A stretch of DNA of 64,000 nucleotides. Source: Gemmatimonadota bacterium (GTDB lineage Bacteria > Gemmatimonadota > Gemmatimonadetes > Longimicrobiales > Longimicrobiaceae). Location: NCBI GenBank assembly GCA_013820915.1, contig JACDHR010000001.1, forward strand, positions 8,641 to 72,640, written 5' to 3'. The number at the start of each line of letters is the position of its first letter. Position 1 is the stretch's first letter. The position numbers were made by a program, and so were the translations under genes. The notes under the pieces are model-generated. The model had not been told where the DNA came from and ran no database searches. It saw only the letters and a program-made list of their open reading frames with translations. Of the stretch, positions 47,051 to 55,231 are shown piece after piece.

Positions 47051-48328
47051 ATGATTTTCCAACGTCATTTAGCAGTGGTCGCAGTGGTGCTTTGTACCCT
47101 CTTCGCCCTGCCGGAAGGCGCCGATGCGCAGGTCGGCAAACGACTCCGCGAGCGCGCCAAGGAAAAGGTAGAGCAGCGCATCGAGAAGCGCGCCGATCAG
47201 GCGATGGAGAAGGCGCTGGACGGGACCGAGAACGCGATCACCTGCGTGGTCACCGACGCCGCCTGCATCGAAAAGGCGGGCAGGGAGGGACGGCAGGTGG
47301 TGGTCACCGATGCGGGGGGCAACGCGGTTGCCGGGGGCGCGAGCCCCGCGCCGGCAGCCGGCCAGCGAGCGGGTGAGGGCGCCTGGGCCAACTTCGATTT
47401 CGTGACCGGCGACCGCGCGCTCTTCGCGGAAGACTTCAGCCGGGACCGCGTGGGCAACTTCCCCCAGCGGCTGGAGCTGCGCGGCGGCAATATGGAGATC
47501 GTCGAGTGGCAGGGCAGGCGCTACCTGCGCAGCACGGCGGAGGGCTCCTTCGACGTGATCCTGCCGGAGGTGCTGCCGGAGCGCTTCACCGTCGAGTTCG
47601 ATCTTTTCGATCCCTCGTTCTGGCCCACCTTCGTATACGGGGTCGACTCACAACGTAAGCCGGAAGAGCACACTCGCGCTTTTTTCGCCTTTAATAAAGA
47701 GTCCGGCCTGGTGACCGGCAACCTCACCGTAAACCCCGCGGCCGGAAAATCCGCCGCCGAGATCGTTCCCCGCGAGAAGATGATGCGCGTCAGCATCATG
47801 GCCGACGGCAGATACATGAAAGTGTTCCTGGACGAGAACCGGATCTCCAACCTGCCATCCGCGGACTTTCCACGCAGCAACCGCATCCGCTTCGACCTGC
47901 CGTCGGGGACTTCGGCGGAAAAGCCGTTGTTGATCGGCAACCTCCGCATCGCCGCCGGTGGGACCTCGCTCTACGACGCGCTGCAGGCCGACGGGCGGGT
48001 GTCCACGCAGGGAATCCTGTTCGACACCGGCAGCGACCGGATCCGCCCGGAAAGCACGCCCACGCTGAAGGAGATTACCGGCATGCTCAAGGAGCACGGC
48101 TCGCTCCGGCTGATGATCGAGGGCCACACCGACAACGTCGGCCAGGCCGCGTCGAACCAGGCGCTCTCGGAGAAGCGTGCCGCCGCCGTCAGGGCGCACC
48201 TGGTCGGCCAGGGGATCGATGCCGCGCGGCTGCAAGCGGCAGGCAAGGGGCAGAGCGAGCCCGCCGGCTCCAACGATACGCCGGAAGGGCGCCAGAACAA
48301 CCGCCGCGTCGTGCTGGTGCGGCAGTGA
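47051..48328 (+). CDS. OmpA-family (peptidoglycan-binding C-terminal domain) exported protein
   Basis: RBS AGGAGGA and a signal peptide. C-terminal ILFDTGSDRIRPES...IEGHTDNVG...NQALSEKRA...NRRVVLV OmpA_C motif set. Confidence 0.85.
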   Translation: MIFQRHLAVVAVVLCTLFALPEGADAQVGKRLRERAKEKVEQRIEKRADQAMEKALDGTENAITCVVTDAACIEKAGREGRQVVVTDAGGNAVAGGASPAPAAGQRAGEGAWANFDFVTGDRALFAEDFSRDRVGNFPQRLELRGGNMEIVEWQGRRYLRSTAEGSFDVILPEVLPERFTVEFDLFDPSFWPTFVYGVDSQRKPEEHTRAFFAFNKESGLVTGNLTVNPAAGKSAAEIVPREKMMRVSIMADGRYMKVFLDENRISNLPSADFPRSNRIRFDLPSGTSAEKPLLIGNLRIAAGGTSLYDALQADGRVSTQGILFDTGSDRIRPESTPTLKEITGMLKEHGSLRLMIEGHTDNVGQAASNQALSEKRAAAVRAHLVGQGIDAARLQAAGKGQSEPAGSNDTPEGRQNNRRVVLVRQ

Positions 48329-48375
48329 GGCCGCACCAGCGTTTTTCGTCCATTCTCCGAACCCGGAAATCACCC

Positions 48376-49128
48376 ATGGACACACGTTGCGTCACCCTCG
48401 GCTCACTGCTCGCCGCGGCAGTTCTCGTCTCCCCCCCGTTTGTCGTGGAGGTCGTGGCACAGCAGGACCTGCGGCTCAGCGCCGCCGAAGGGAGCGTCGC
48501 CGCCCTGTCCGTGCCCCTCGATATCCGCCAGACGGAGAGCTGGAAGCGCAGCGGCGGCGAGGTTCAGTGGGACGTGCTCCTCCAGCCGACGGGCGTCGTC
48601 TCCAACCAGGGCCGCACCGCGGCAACGCTGATCCTCTACGCCGTGTCGGCCGCGGACCGTACCTCGCCGAAGCTGACCGGTCTGCGGGCGGAGAGCGGGC
48701 GCTACTCGCTGGGGTTCGCGAGCTCGGCGGAGTTGCGCGGCTGGAGCGGCCCGAAATACTGCAAGTCGACCCACTGCTGGCTGCCGATCGGCACCGCGGA
48801 TACGCCGGTGCTGATAGAGATGAAACTCCGGCCCGGCGAGCGGCTGGACGTCGGCACGGCTCGGCTCCGGAACCAGGCTGCGATCGGCGCCCTCATGGCG
48901 GCCGGCCCGGTGCACCTCGGGATCCTCGCCATGGCGGATCCGCTCGCCGACGGCACGGTTTCCCCGCTTCGCGTTGGTTTCGCGCTGTTCGACATGCCGT
49001 TGCGGCCCGAGGCATTTCCGGGCGACCACTTCTTTCCCGGCGACCACTTCTTTCCCGGCGACCACTTCTTTCCCGGCGACCACTTCTTTCCTGGCGACCA
49101 CTTCTCCTCACTCGTCTTGTCCCGATGA
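48376..49128 (+). CDS. exported hypothetical protein ending in five tandem FPGDHF repeats
   Basis: ATG at 48376 and a signal peptide (LLAAAVLVSPPFVV). The C-terminus is ...EAFPGDHFFPGDHFFPGDHFFPGDHFFPGDHFSSLVLSR. No family recognised. Confidence 0.6.
   Translation: MDTRCVTLGSLLAAAVLVSPPFVVEVVAQQDLRLSAAEGSVAALSVPLDIRQTESWKRSGGEVQWDVLLQPTGVVSNQGRTAATLILYAVSAADRTSPKLTGLRAESGRYSLGFASSAELRGWSGPKYCKSTHCWLPIGTADTPVLIEMKLRPGERLDVGTARLRNQAAIGALMAAGPVHLGILAMADPLADGTVSPLRVGFALFDMPLRPEAFPGDHFFPGDHFFPGDHFFPGDHFFPGDHFSSLVLSR
49025..49114 (+). repeat. 5 x 18-bp near-perfect tandem repeat (TTTCCCGGCGACCACTTC) encoding FPGDHF
   Basis: Units at 49025, 49043, 49061, 49079 and 49097. Units 2-4 are identical; units 1 and 5 each differ at one base. 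Confidence 0.95.
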
Positions 49129-49549
49129 AAACCACTACGACACTGCTCCTGATCCCTCGGGTCGCGTTGCTCACCGCGTGTGATTCCGAGGACAGCGACG
49201 ACCGGAGCGCGGAAAGAGACGCGCGCTGATTCGATCGATTGCCGGTACACCGCGCAGGGCGTGATCACCAGAGACGGGAAAAGCGCGGTCATCAACGTCG
49301 GAGAGTATGAGCAAGGCGGCGCGATGAAGCCGGGCAACACCGGCTCCATCTCGTACATGATCGGCGGTCGATGACACGTAAGGCTTGTTGGCGCATCCGG
49401 CACGCGCCATCGCAGGACTCAATGGTTCACCCGATCCCAAGGAGGTCCGAATGTAGAGGTGATGCGAAAACCAACGGATACACCGCCGGATCCGGTTGCG
49501 GACAACCACCGCCGACCACGACCCATCTATGCGAAAGGATGATGCACCG

Positions 49550-50023
49550 ATGAGCACGAAGAACGAACACGCCGAGCAGCAACCAGCCCAACGCAGCACA
49601 CCCGCCGGCATACCGGACCAGCCCGTAGACCGCCGGAAGTTCCTCGGCAAGAGCGCGGCCCTGGCGGCCGCGGCAACCGTCGGCGGTGCGGCAACCCTTT
49701 CGGCAAGCCCAATTCGGGCCGCGGAGTTTGCTGCCGGTGGGCGCTCCACCCCCGGTACGATGCACGTCACCTTCGAGTTCCAGTCCAGGGGCTCCTGCGA
49801 CGCCTCGCAGCTTGAAAAGCAGATCCAGGGCAACAGCCGAATTCTCGGCCGGATCGTAAACGAGCGCGCGTGCGCTGGCGATTTCGGCGAATGGCTTCGC
49901 GACGCCAGCGACGATGATGAGGTTTCTCTCCAGCGCGTCGGTTTCAACAGCGTTCCGCTCACGGGTGACCCGCGTTTACCAACTCGACCCCCCCGCAGCC
50001 CAACGACGGGGACCCCGGCCTAG
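49550..50023 (+). CDS. small Tat-signal (twin-arginine) exported protein, unknown function
   Basis: RBS AAAGGA then ATG at 49550. DRRKFLGKSAALAAAATVGGA is a canonical RR motif plus h-region. The mature part (~100 aa) has two Cys, an acidic patch and a Pro-rich tail. Confidence 0.65.
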   Translation: MSTKNEHAEQQPAQRSTPAGIPDQPVDRRKFLGKSAALAAAATVGGAATLSASPIRAAEFAAGGRSTPGTMHVTFEFQSRGSCDASQLEKQIQGNSRILGRIVNERACAGDFGEWLRDASDDDEVSLQRVGFNSVPLTGDPRLPTRPPRSPTTGTPA

Positions 50024-50151
50024 GCGATCGAGCAGCGCCGCCCGCATGCATGACGACGGGCGGATACGGGGGTGCTGGAGCCGGCTCCCGTATTCGCTCG
50101 CGACAGCCTGAACAGTTAGACACCACGTACCAGAACCAGGGACGGCAGCAC

Positions 50152-51321
50152 ATGGTCCATTCCGTGATTCTCAAATCGATCCGCGCGTGCAACCTGCGCT
50201 GCACCTACTGCTACTACATCAACGAGGACACCCCCGAATACGGGCTCACGATGTCCGACGCGTGTCTCGAGCGGGTCTACGCCTCCTATGCGGAGTACCT
50301 CCACGACAACGGTGCGCGAGGCTCTCTGGTGTGGCACGGCGGAGAACCGCTGATGCTGGGCCGGCCCCGGCTCCAGCGGCTCCTCGACCTGCAGCGCCGC
50401 TTCTTCGCGCCCGGCTCGATCGAGAACCATCTGCAAACCAACGGGCTCCTGATCACGGACGAGTGGATCGACTTCTTCAAGAGGAACGACGTCAAGGTGG
50501 GCCTCAGCCTGGACGGAACCAAGGAGGTGCACGACCGGTTCCGCGTGACCAAGGGAGGTAAGGGCAGCTATGATCTGGTCATACGTGCCATTGAGCGGTT
50601 GCGCGGACACGGGATCGAGGTCGGCGTGCTGACCGTGATGGGAAGCACACCGGATGGACGGAGGGAGTTGATGCACCTGCGTGACGAACTCCGCATACGC
50701 GGAGCCGATTTCCTCTTCCCCATCAGCAGCCACGCGCTCGCGCGGCGCTCACCACTCGATCAGAAGATCCTTTCGGAGTTCCTGCTTTCCGCCTTCCAGA
50801 CCTGGACCGAGGCCGACGATTCTTTATTCACGGTCCGCCTGTTCCGAGCGTTGATCAAGAACGCGATGGGTATGCCGCACAATTACTTCGCGAGCGGAGC
50901 GGCGAGTCTCGGTGCCGCGGTCATCGTTGAAACCGACGGGAAGGTCTGCATGGACACGGATTTCAGCGAGATCGACCGCTACGACCTCGGCAGTGAATAC
51001 CGGTTCGACTTCAGCGTGATGGACGAGGACTTCACGTTCGCGAAGGTGGACCGGGCGCTGCACGCCCGGATCGAGGAAAGACAGCTCGACCGGATCCCCG
51101 CCGACTGCCAGAGTTGCCGGATGCGCTCTGTCTGCCGAGGCGCGCACCCAGCGTCCCGGTATGATGACCGGGACCACTCCTTCGATCACCGCAGCGTTTA
51201 CTGCGAAGCGATGTACGACATCTCCGACGCCGTGGTCGAGTACCTGGTGCGGAGTGGCCACGGAGAGGACCTGGCCGACGCGGATCTACAACACGACCTG
51301 CGAACCGCGGTGCCGGCTTGA
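50152..51321 (+). CDS. radical SAM enzyme with C-terminal SPASM-like Cys cluster (peptide/protein maturase type)
   Basis: CNLRCTYC (CX3CX2C, 50188..50211), GGEPL, LQTNGLL, VETDGKVC. C-terminal CQSCRMRSVCRGAH...YC. ATG at 50152. Confidence 0.85.
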   Translation: MVHSVILKSIRACNLRCTYCYYINEDTPEYGLTMSDACLERVYASYAEYLHDNGARGSLVWHGGEPLMLGRPRLQRLLDLQRRFFAPGSIENHLQTNGLLITDEWIDFFKRNDVKVGLSLDGTKEVHDRFRVTKGGKGSYDLVIRAIERLRGHGIEVGVLTVMGSTPDGRRELMHLRDELRIRGADFLFPISSHALARRSPLDQKILSEFLLSAFQTWTEADDSLFTVRLFRALIKNAMGMPHNYFASGAASLGAAVIVETDGKVCMDTDFSEIDRYDLGSEYRFDFSVMDEDFTFAKVDRALHARIEERQLDRIPADCQSCRMRSVCRGAHPASRYDDRDHSFDHRSVYCEAMYDISDAVVEYLVRSGHGEDLADADLQHDLRTAVPA

Positions 51322-51522
51322 TATCGCTGACGGGACAGCGGCGCCTCGGCGGATCCCTGGTCGAACGCCTTTCGCGGGGAGTGTCTTCGAGCGCTGGCGA
51401 CCAGACCTTCGCCAGGCGAACCGCCCCGAAGCCGAGGCGGTGGCCCGCAGGATCGCCGCTGCTCTCTGATGTTCATGCCGGCACGCAAGCCCAAAGAACG
51501 ATTGAACCCGAAAGGCACGCCC

Positions 51523-52074
51523 ATGATGACATGCATGATCCGGATGATCGTGATCTGCGCCGCGCTCGCGGCGTGTGGCGGTGACCGCGGCAACGATTCC
51601 GGCAACCCGGGAGCGGCGGCCGCGAACGGCGTGGAGCGGACCGTCGGCTCGGAGGCTTCGGAGGCTTCCTCGTTCCATGCCACGGTGAGCGGTGCCATCG
51701 ACCGAACGCTGGAAGGAAATGGCGCGCTCGCTGGCTCCAAATACGGCCGCTACCACATCAACATGGCGTCGCGGGAGCGGCAGGGAGGGCAGCCCGTCGT
51801 GGTGATCGCCTTCGGCCGCACCGACACGAACACGCCTGCTCTCGGCACCTACGCGCTGGGGAGCGGCGACGGCTTTCGCGGAACCGTGGAGGTCTATGGC
51901 GATCCGCAGCGGGAGTTCCAGATCACCTCCGGCGAGCTCGAGATCACCGGCGCCGACGGCGACGTGCTCACGGGCCGCTTCTTCTTTTCCGCGAGCGAGA
52001 GGACCGAGGAGTACAGCAGCCAGCCCGCGGAGATCCGGGCCGAGGGAACGTTCCGTACGCGGCCGGCCGAGTGA
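51523..52074 (+). CDS. hypothetical lipoprotein
   Basis: Several ATGs at 51523-51544, then IVICAALAAC (lipobox). No family recognised. Confidence 0.55.
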   Translation: MMTCMIRMIVICAALAACGGDRGNDSGNPGAAAANGVERTVGSEASEASSFHATVSGAIDRTLEGNGALAGSKYGRYHINMASRERQGGQPVVVIAFGRTDTNTPALGTYALGSGDGFRGTVEVYGDPQREFQITSGELEITGADGDVLTGRFFFSASERTEEYSSQPAEIRAEGTFRTRPAE

Positions 52075-52149
52075 GACGCCCCGACCGGATTGCCAGCGAC
52101 CCCCGCGAACGCCGCGGCGCGGCGGCCATTCATCCCCTGGAGACGTAAA

Positions 52150-52800
52150 ATGAAACGCACCCTCATGATCCTCGCCACACTGCTGGCCGAACTGAGCGCC
52201 AGCTGCGGCGATAGCCCGGCGGGGCCCAGTGATGGGCCACCCGAAAGGGGCGGGGAACGGTTTGACATGGGGAGCGGCGGCGGCACCTTCAAACTCTTTG
52301 AAGGCAAACAAACTCGTTGAAGGCAAAGTCGAGTTCGCGATCCCCGCCGGCGCACTCCCCGGGGGAACCACCATTTCCGTCCGACAGCTAGAGGGCGCGG
52401 AACTCCCGAGCAGCCCTGCTCCGCTACCCGGTACTGCGTTCCGCTTCGAGCCGGCCGGCCTGGTATTCGCCGAGCCGGTCACCCTCACCCTTCAGTTCGA
52501 TCCCGCGCAGCTCCCCACGGAGCGCAGCCCGACTGGTCGCCCGATGGTACGCGGATCGCGTTCTCCATCGCCTCCGGAAGCGGGTGGAGGATCCAGGTGC
52601 TCACGTTGGCGACGGGCGCGGTCACGACGGTACTCAGCGACGGTGCGGTGAACTGGTATCCCGCGTGGTCGCCCGACGGTGCGTGGATCATGCACTCGAA
52701 GAACGCGACGGGCAGCAGCAGCCCGGCCGGCTCCGAGATCTGGGCGATCCGCGCCGATGGCACAGGGGCGATCCTCGTAAAGGCGGCAGCCCGGTTCTGA
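52150..52800 (+). pseudogene. disrupted lipoprotein gene (lipobox N-terminus + beta-sandwich-like segment + PD40/TolB-like WSPDG repeats) split over three frames
   Basis: Frame 1: MKRTLMILATLLAELSASC... stops at 52320. Frame 2 continues ...LVEGKVEFAIPAGALPGGTTISV.... Frame 1 resumes with DWSPDGTRIAF...YPAWSPDGAWI to 52800. A 19-bp tandem duplication (52291..52328) explains the first shift. Confidence 0.6.
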
Positions 52801-52827
52801 ACCGGGACGGCGGCCTTCGAAGCGGCT

Positions 52828-53259
52828 CTACATCGTTGCGGCATCGAAATCCGCCAGGCGGGTAATCTGCCCCCGCGCGTGCGCTTTCCGATAGTAGCGG
52901 TCGTCCGCCGTGACGAGCGTGGCGTCAGCCAGACTGAGCGCGACGGCGTAATAAAGCGTGTCGAAGAGGTGATGGTTCAAGCTGATCGACAGCTCGCAGG
53001 CGGTCGTGTACACTTCTGAACTCTGCGTGACGATTATCCCGAGCTCGTGCAGATCGCGAATGTCCTCCGCTGCCGTCGCAGGGCTGAGCCGGGCAACGAC
53101 CGCCGCCACCTCCGCGAGCCAATGCGGCGGCTGAATCAATTGTAGTCGCCCATTCCGGAACCCTTCCCACAAGTGAACCGCCCTCGCTGCTTGCTCCTCT
53201 CCGCGTTGCGGGAGAAGCCATTTGATCACGACGCTCGAATCCGCAACGACTACGGTCAC
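52828..53259 (-). CDS. vapC: PIN-domain toxin, VapC family (copy 2)
   Basis: 143 aa, collinear with copy 1 (VVADSSVV..KWL, HWLAEVAAVVARLSPATA, LNHHLFDTLYYAVAL, LVTADDRYYRKA). GTGA overlap with vapB-2. Confidence 0.85.
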   Translation of the reverse strand: MTVVVADSSVVIKWLLPQRGEEQAARAVHLWEGFRNGRLQLIQPPHWLAEVAAVVARLSPATAAEDIRDLHELGIIVTQSSEVYTTACELSISLNHHLFDTLYYAVALSLADATLVTADDRYYRKAHARGQITRLADFDAATM

Positions 53260-53489
53260 GCGCGCAGTTCGTCACGAACAGCCTGGATCTGTTCGCTCGT
53301 TACGGTCGGGCGCGCATCCCTTCGGGCCAGCAATCGGTCGATCGCCGCGTTCCGCTCTCGAATTTGGTCCTGTTCCTGGACCGTCCGAGCCATCAACCCG
53401 GCGATGATCGCGCTCTTGTTCCGGCCGGCGAACACTTCGTTGAAGGCCTGCTTCACCTCGTCGGGTACGCTGTAGTTCACGGTAGCCAT
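53256..53489 (-). CDS. vapB: ribbon-helix-helix antitoxin, VapB-like (copy 2)
   Basis: 77 aa, collinear with copy 1 (MATVNYSVPDEVKQAFNEVFAGRNKSAII). Confidence 0.8.
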   Translation of the reverse strand: MATVNYSVPDEVKQAFNEVFAGRNKSAIIAGLMARTVQEQDQIRERNAAIDRLLARRDARPTVTSEQIQAVRDELRA

Positions 53490-53502
53490 CCCATCCTCCC
53501 TT

Positions 53503-53547
53503 TGTTGAAACCTTCAACAAGATAGGCGAGTGCGGTACGAGTGTTAA
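53503..53547 (-). promoter_or_regulatory. vapBC-2 sigma70-like promoter with palindromic operator
   Basis: Minus strand reads TTAACA-N17-TATCTT (plus-strand coordinates 53542..53547 and 53519..53524). This abuts TGTTGAA-ggt-TTCAACA (53503..53519), then RBS AGGGAGGA and the start at 53489. Confidence 0.6.
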
Positions 53548-53702
53548 ACCTTGACGAACCCGATTCCGTGCTCGTGGTGCTATCGCTCCAGCCGCTGCGA
53601 GCGCCAAAGAAACAAACATTCCGTGCGCACGCGCGAAGCGGCGCGCCTCCACCCGTGTCGCCGGGTAGGGCCGTCGCTATAAACCTGCGTACGCTTCCAC
53701 GA

Positions 53703-55124
53703 TCAGCGCCCCGGGATCCCCGGCTCCGTCATCTCCCGCACGTTCAGCACCTCGTCCAACTGCTGGTCCGAGAGCAGCCCGCGCCGCTTGACCACGTCGC
53801 GCACGGACTCGAAGTTCCCGGCCGATTCCTTGGCGACGCTGGACGCCTCGTCGTAGCCGATATACGCGTTCAGCGCGGTGGCGATCGCCGGGTTCTTTTC
53901 CAACAGTTCGCGGCAGCGCTCACGGTTCACGCCGATCCCCTCGACGGCGTTGGCGCGGAACGCGTCGCACCCCTTCGCCAGGATCTCCACGGACTCCAGG
54001 AAGTTGTGCGCCATTACCGGCATCATCACGTTCAACTCGAAGTTGCCGTGCTGCCCGCCGACGGTCACGGCGACGTGGTTTCCCATCACGTGCGCGCACA
54101 CCATCATAAGCGCCTCGCTCATCACCGGGTTGACCTTGCCCGGCATGATCGAGCTTCCGGGCTGGATCGCGGGCAGCGTGATCTCCGCGAGGCCCGAGGT
54201 GGGGCCGCTCGCGAGCCAGCGGATGTCGTTGGCGATCTTGAGCAGCGCCACGGCCAGCGTATTCAGCGCGCCGGACGCGAAGACGTAGGCGTCCTTGGCA
54301 GACTGCGCCTCGAAGTGGTTGTCTGCTTCGCGGAACTCCAGCCCCGTGGCCTGCGAGATGCGAGCGATCGCCTTCTCCGGGAACTCCGGCAGCCGGTTGG
54401 TGCCGGTGCCCACCGCGGTGCCGCCGAGCGCCAGCTCGGCCAGCTCCCCGGAGGCGGCGTGGAGACGGCGGATGCCGTTGTCGAGCTGCGCCGCGAACCC
54501 GCCGAACTCCTGCCCGAGCCGCACCGGCGTCGCGTCCATCAGGTGCGTGCGGCCGCTCTTGACCACGTCGTCGAACTCCGCCGCCTTCGCCCGCAGCGCA
54601 TCGCGCAGCCGTTCCAGCGACGGGATCAGATCCTCGTGGATCGCGACGCGCGCCGCGACGTGCATGGCGGTGGGGATCACGTCGTTGGAGCTCTGCCCCA
54701 TGTTGACGTGGTCGTTGGGGTGCACGCCCTTCGAGCCGGACTCGCCGCCGAGGATCTGCGCGGCGCGCGTAGCGATCACCTCGTTGGCGTTCATGTTCGA
54801 CGAGGTGCCGCTCCCCGTCTGGAAGATGTCGAGCACGAACTGGTCGTCGAATCTGCCGTCGACGACCTCGCCCGCGGCCTGCACAACCGCGGTGCCGATT
54901 CGCTCATTGAGCTGGTCCAGCTCCATGTTCGCTTCGGCGGCGGCCCGCTTGATAATGCCCAGCGCGGCGATGAAGCGCCGGCCGAAGCGCAGGTCGCTGA
55001 TGGGGAAGTTCTCGACCGCGCGCTGCGTCTGGGCGCCGTACAGCGCGTCGGCGGGCACACGCATCTCGCCCAGCGAGTCGCGCTCGGTGCGGAACTTCGA
55101 CGATCCGGATGATGAAGTCGACAT
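53703..55124 (-). CDS. fumC: class II fumarate hydratase
   Basis: GAQTQRAVENF, TGSGTSSNMNANEVIA, and signature GSSIMPGKVNP. 473 aa. Confidence 0.92.
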   Translation of the reverse strand: MSTSSSGSSKFRTERDSLGEMRVPADALYGAQTQRAVENFPISDLRFGRRFIAALGIIKRAAAEANMELDQLNERIGTAVVQAAGEVVDGRFDDQFVLDIFQTGSGTSSNMNANEVIATRAAQILGGESGSKGVHPNDHVNMGQSSNDVIPTAMHVAARVAIHEDLIPSLERLRDALRAKAAEFDDVVKSGRTHLMDATPVRLGQEFGGFAAQLDNGIRRLHAASGELAELALGGTAVGTGTNRLPEFPEKAIARISQATGLEFREADNHFEAQSAKDAYVFASGALNTLAVALLKIANDIRWLASGPTSGLAEITLPAIQPGSSIMPGKVNPVMSEALMMVCAHVMGNHVAVTVGGQHGNFELNVMMPVMAHNFLESVEILAKGCDAFRANAVEGIGVNRERCRELLEKNPAIATALNAYIGYDEASSVAKESAGNFESVRDVVKRRGLLSDQQLDEVLNVREMTEPGIPGR

Positions 55125-55231
55125 TACAATGGGATCAGGACAATGGGATCAGGTGGATGAACTCTGAACGCGCGCCAAGATGGGGCGGCGGCGGGCGATC
55201 CGCAAACTTGCGGCGGGCACCCGTAACTGCC

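Noticed and set aside
49550-51321. Interpreting the rSAM + small exported protein as a quinohemoprotein amine dehydrogenase (QhpC/QhpD) or as an anaerobic sulfatase maturase
   Set aside because: No qhpA/qhpB-like genes, no sulfatase, and no C/S-x-P/A-x-R motif appear in any neighbouring protein. The resemblance is only at the class level, so the pair is kept as an uncharacterised candidate.
53541-55112. 523-aa plus-strand ORF
   Set aside because: It is antisense to fumC, which carries the GSSIMPGKVNP signature.
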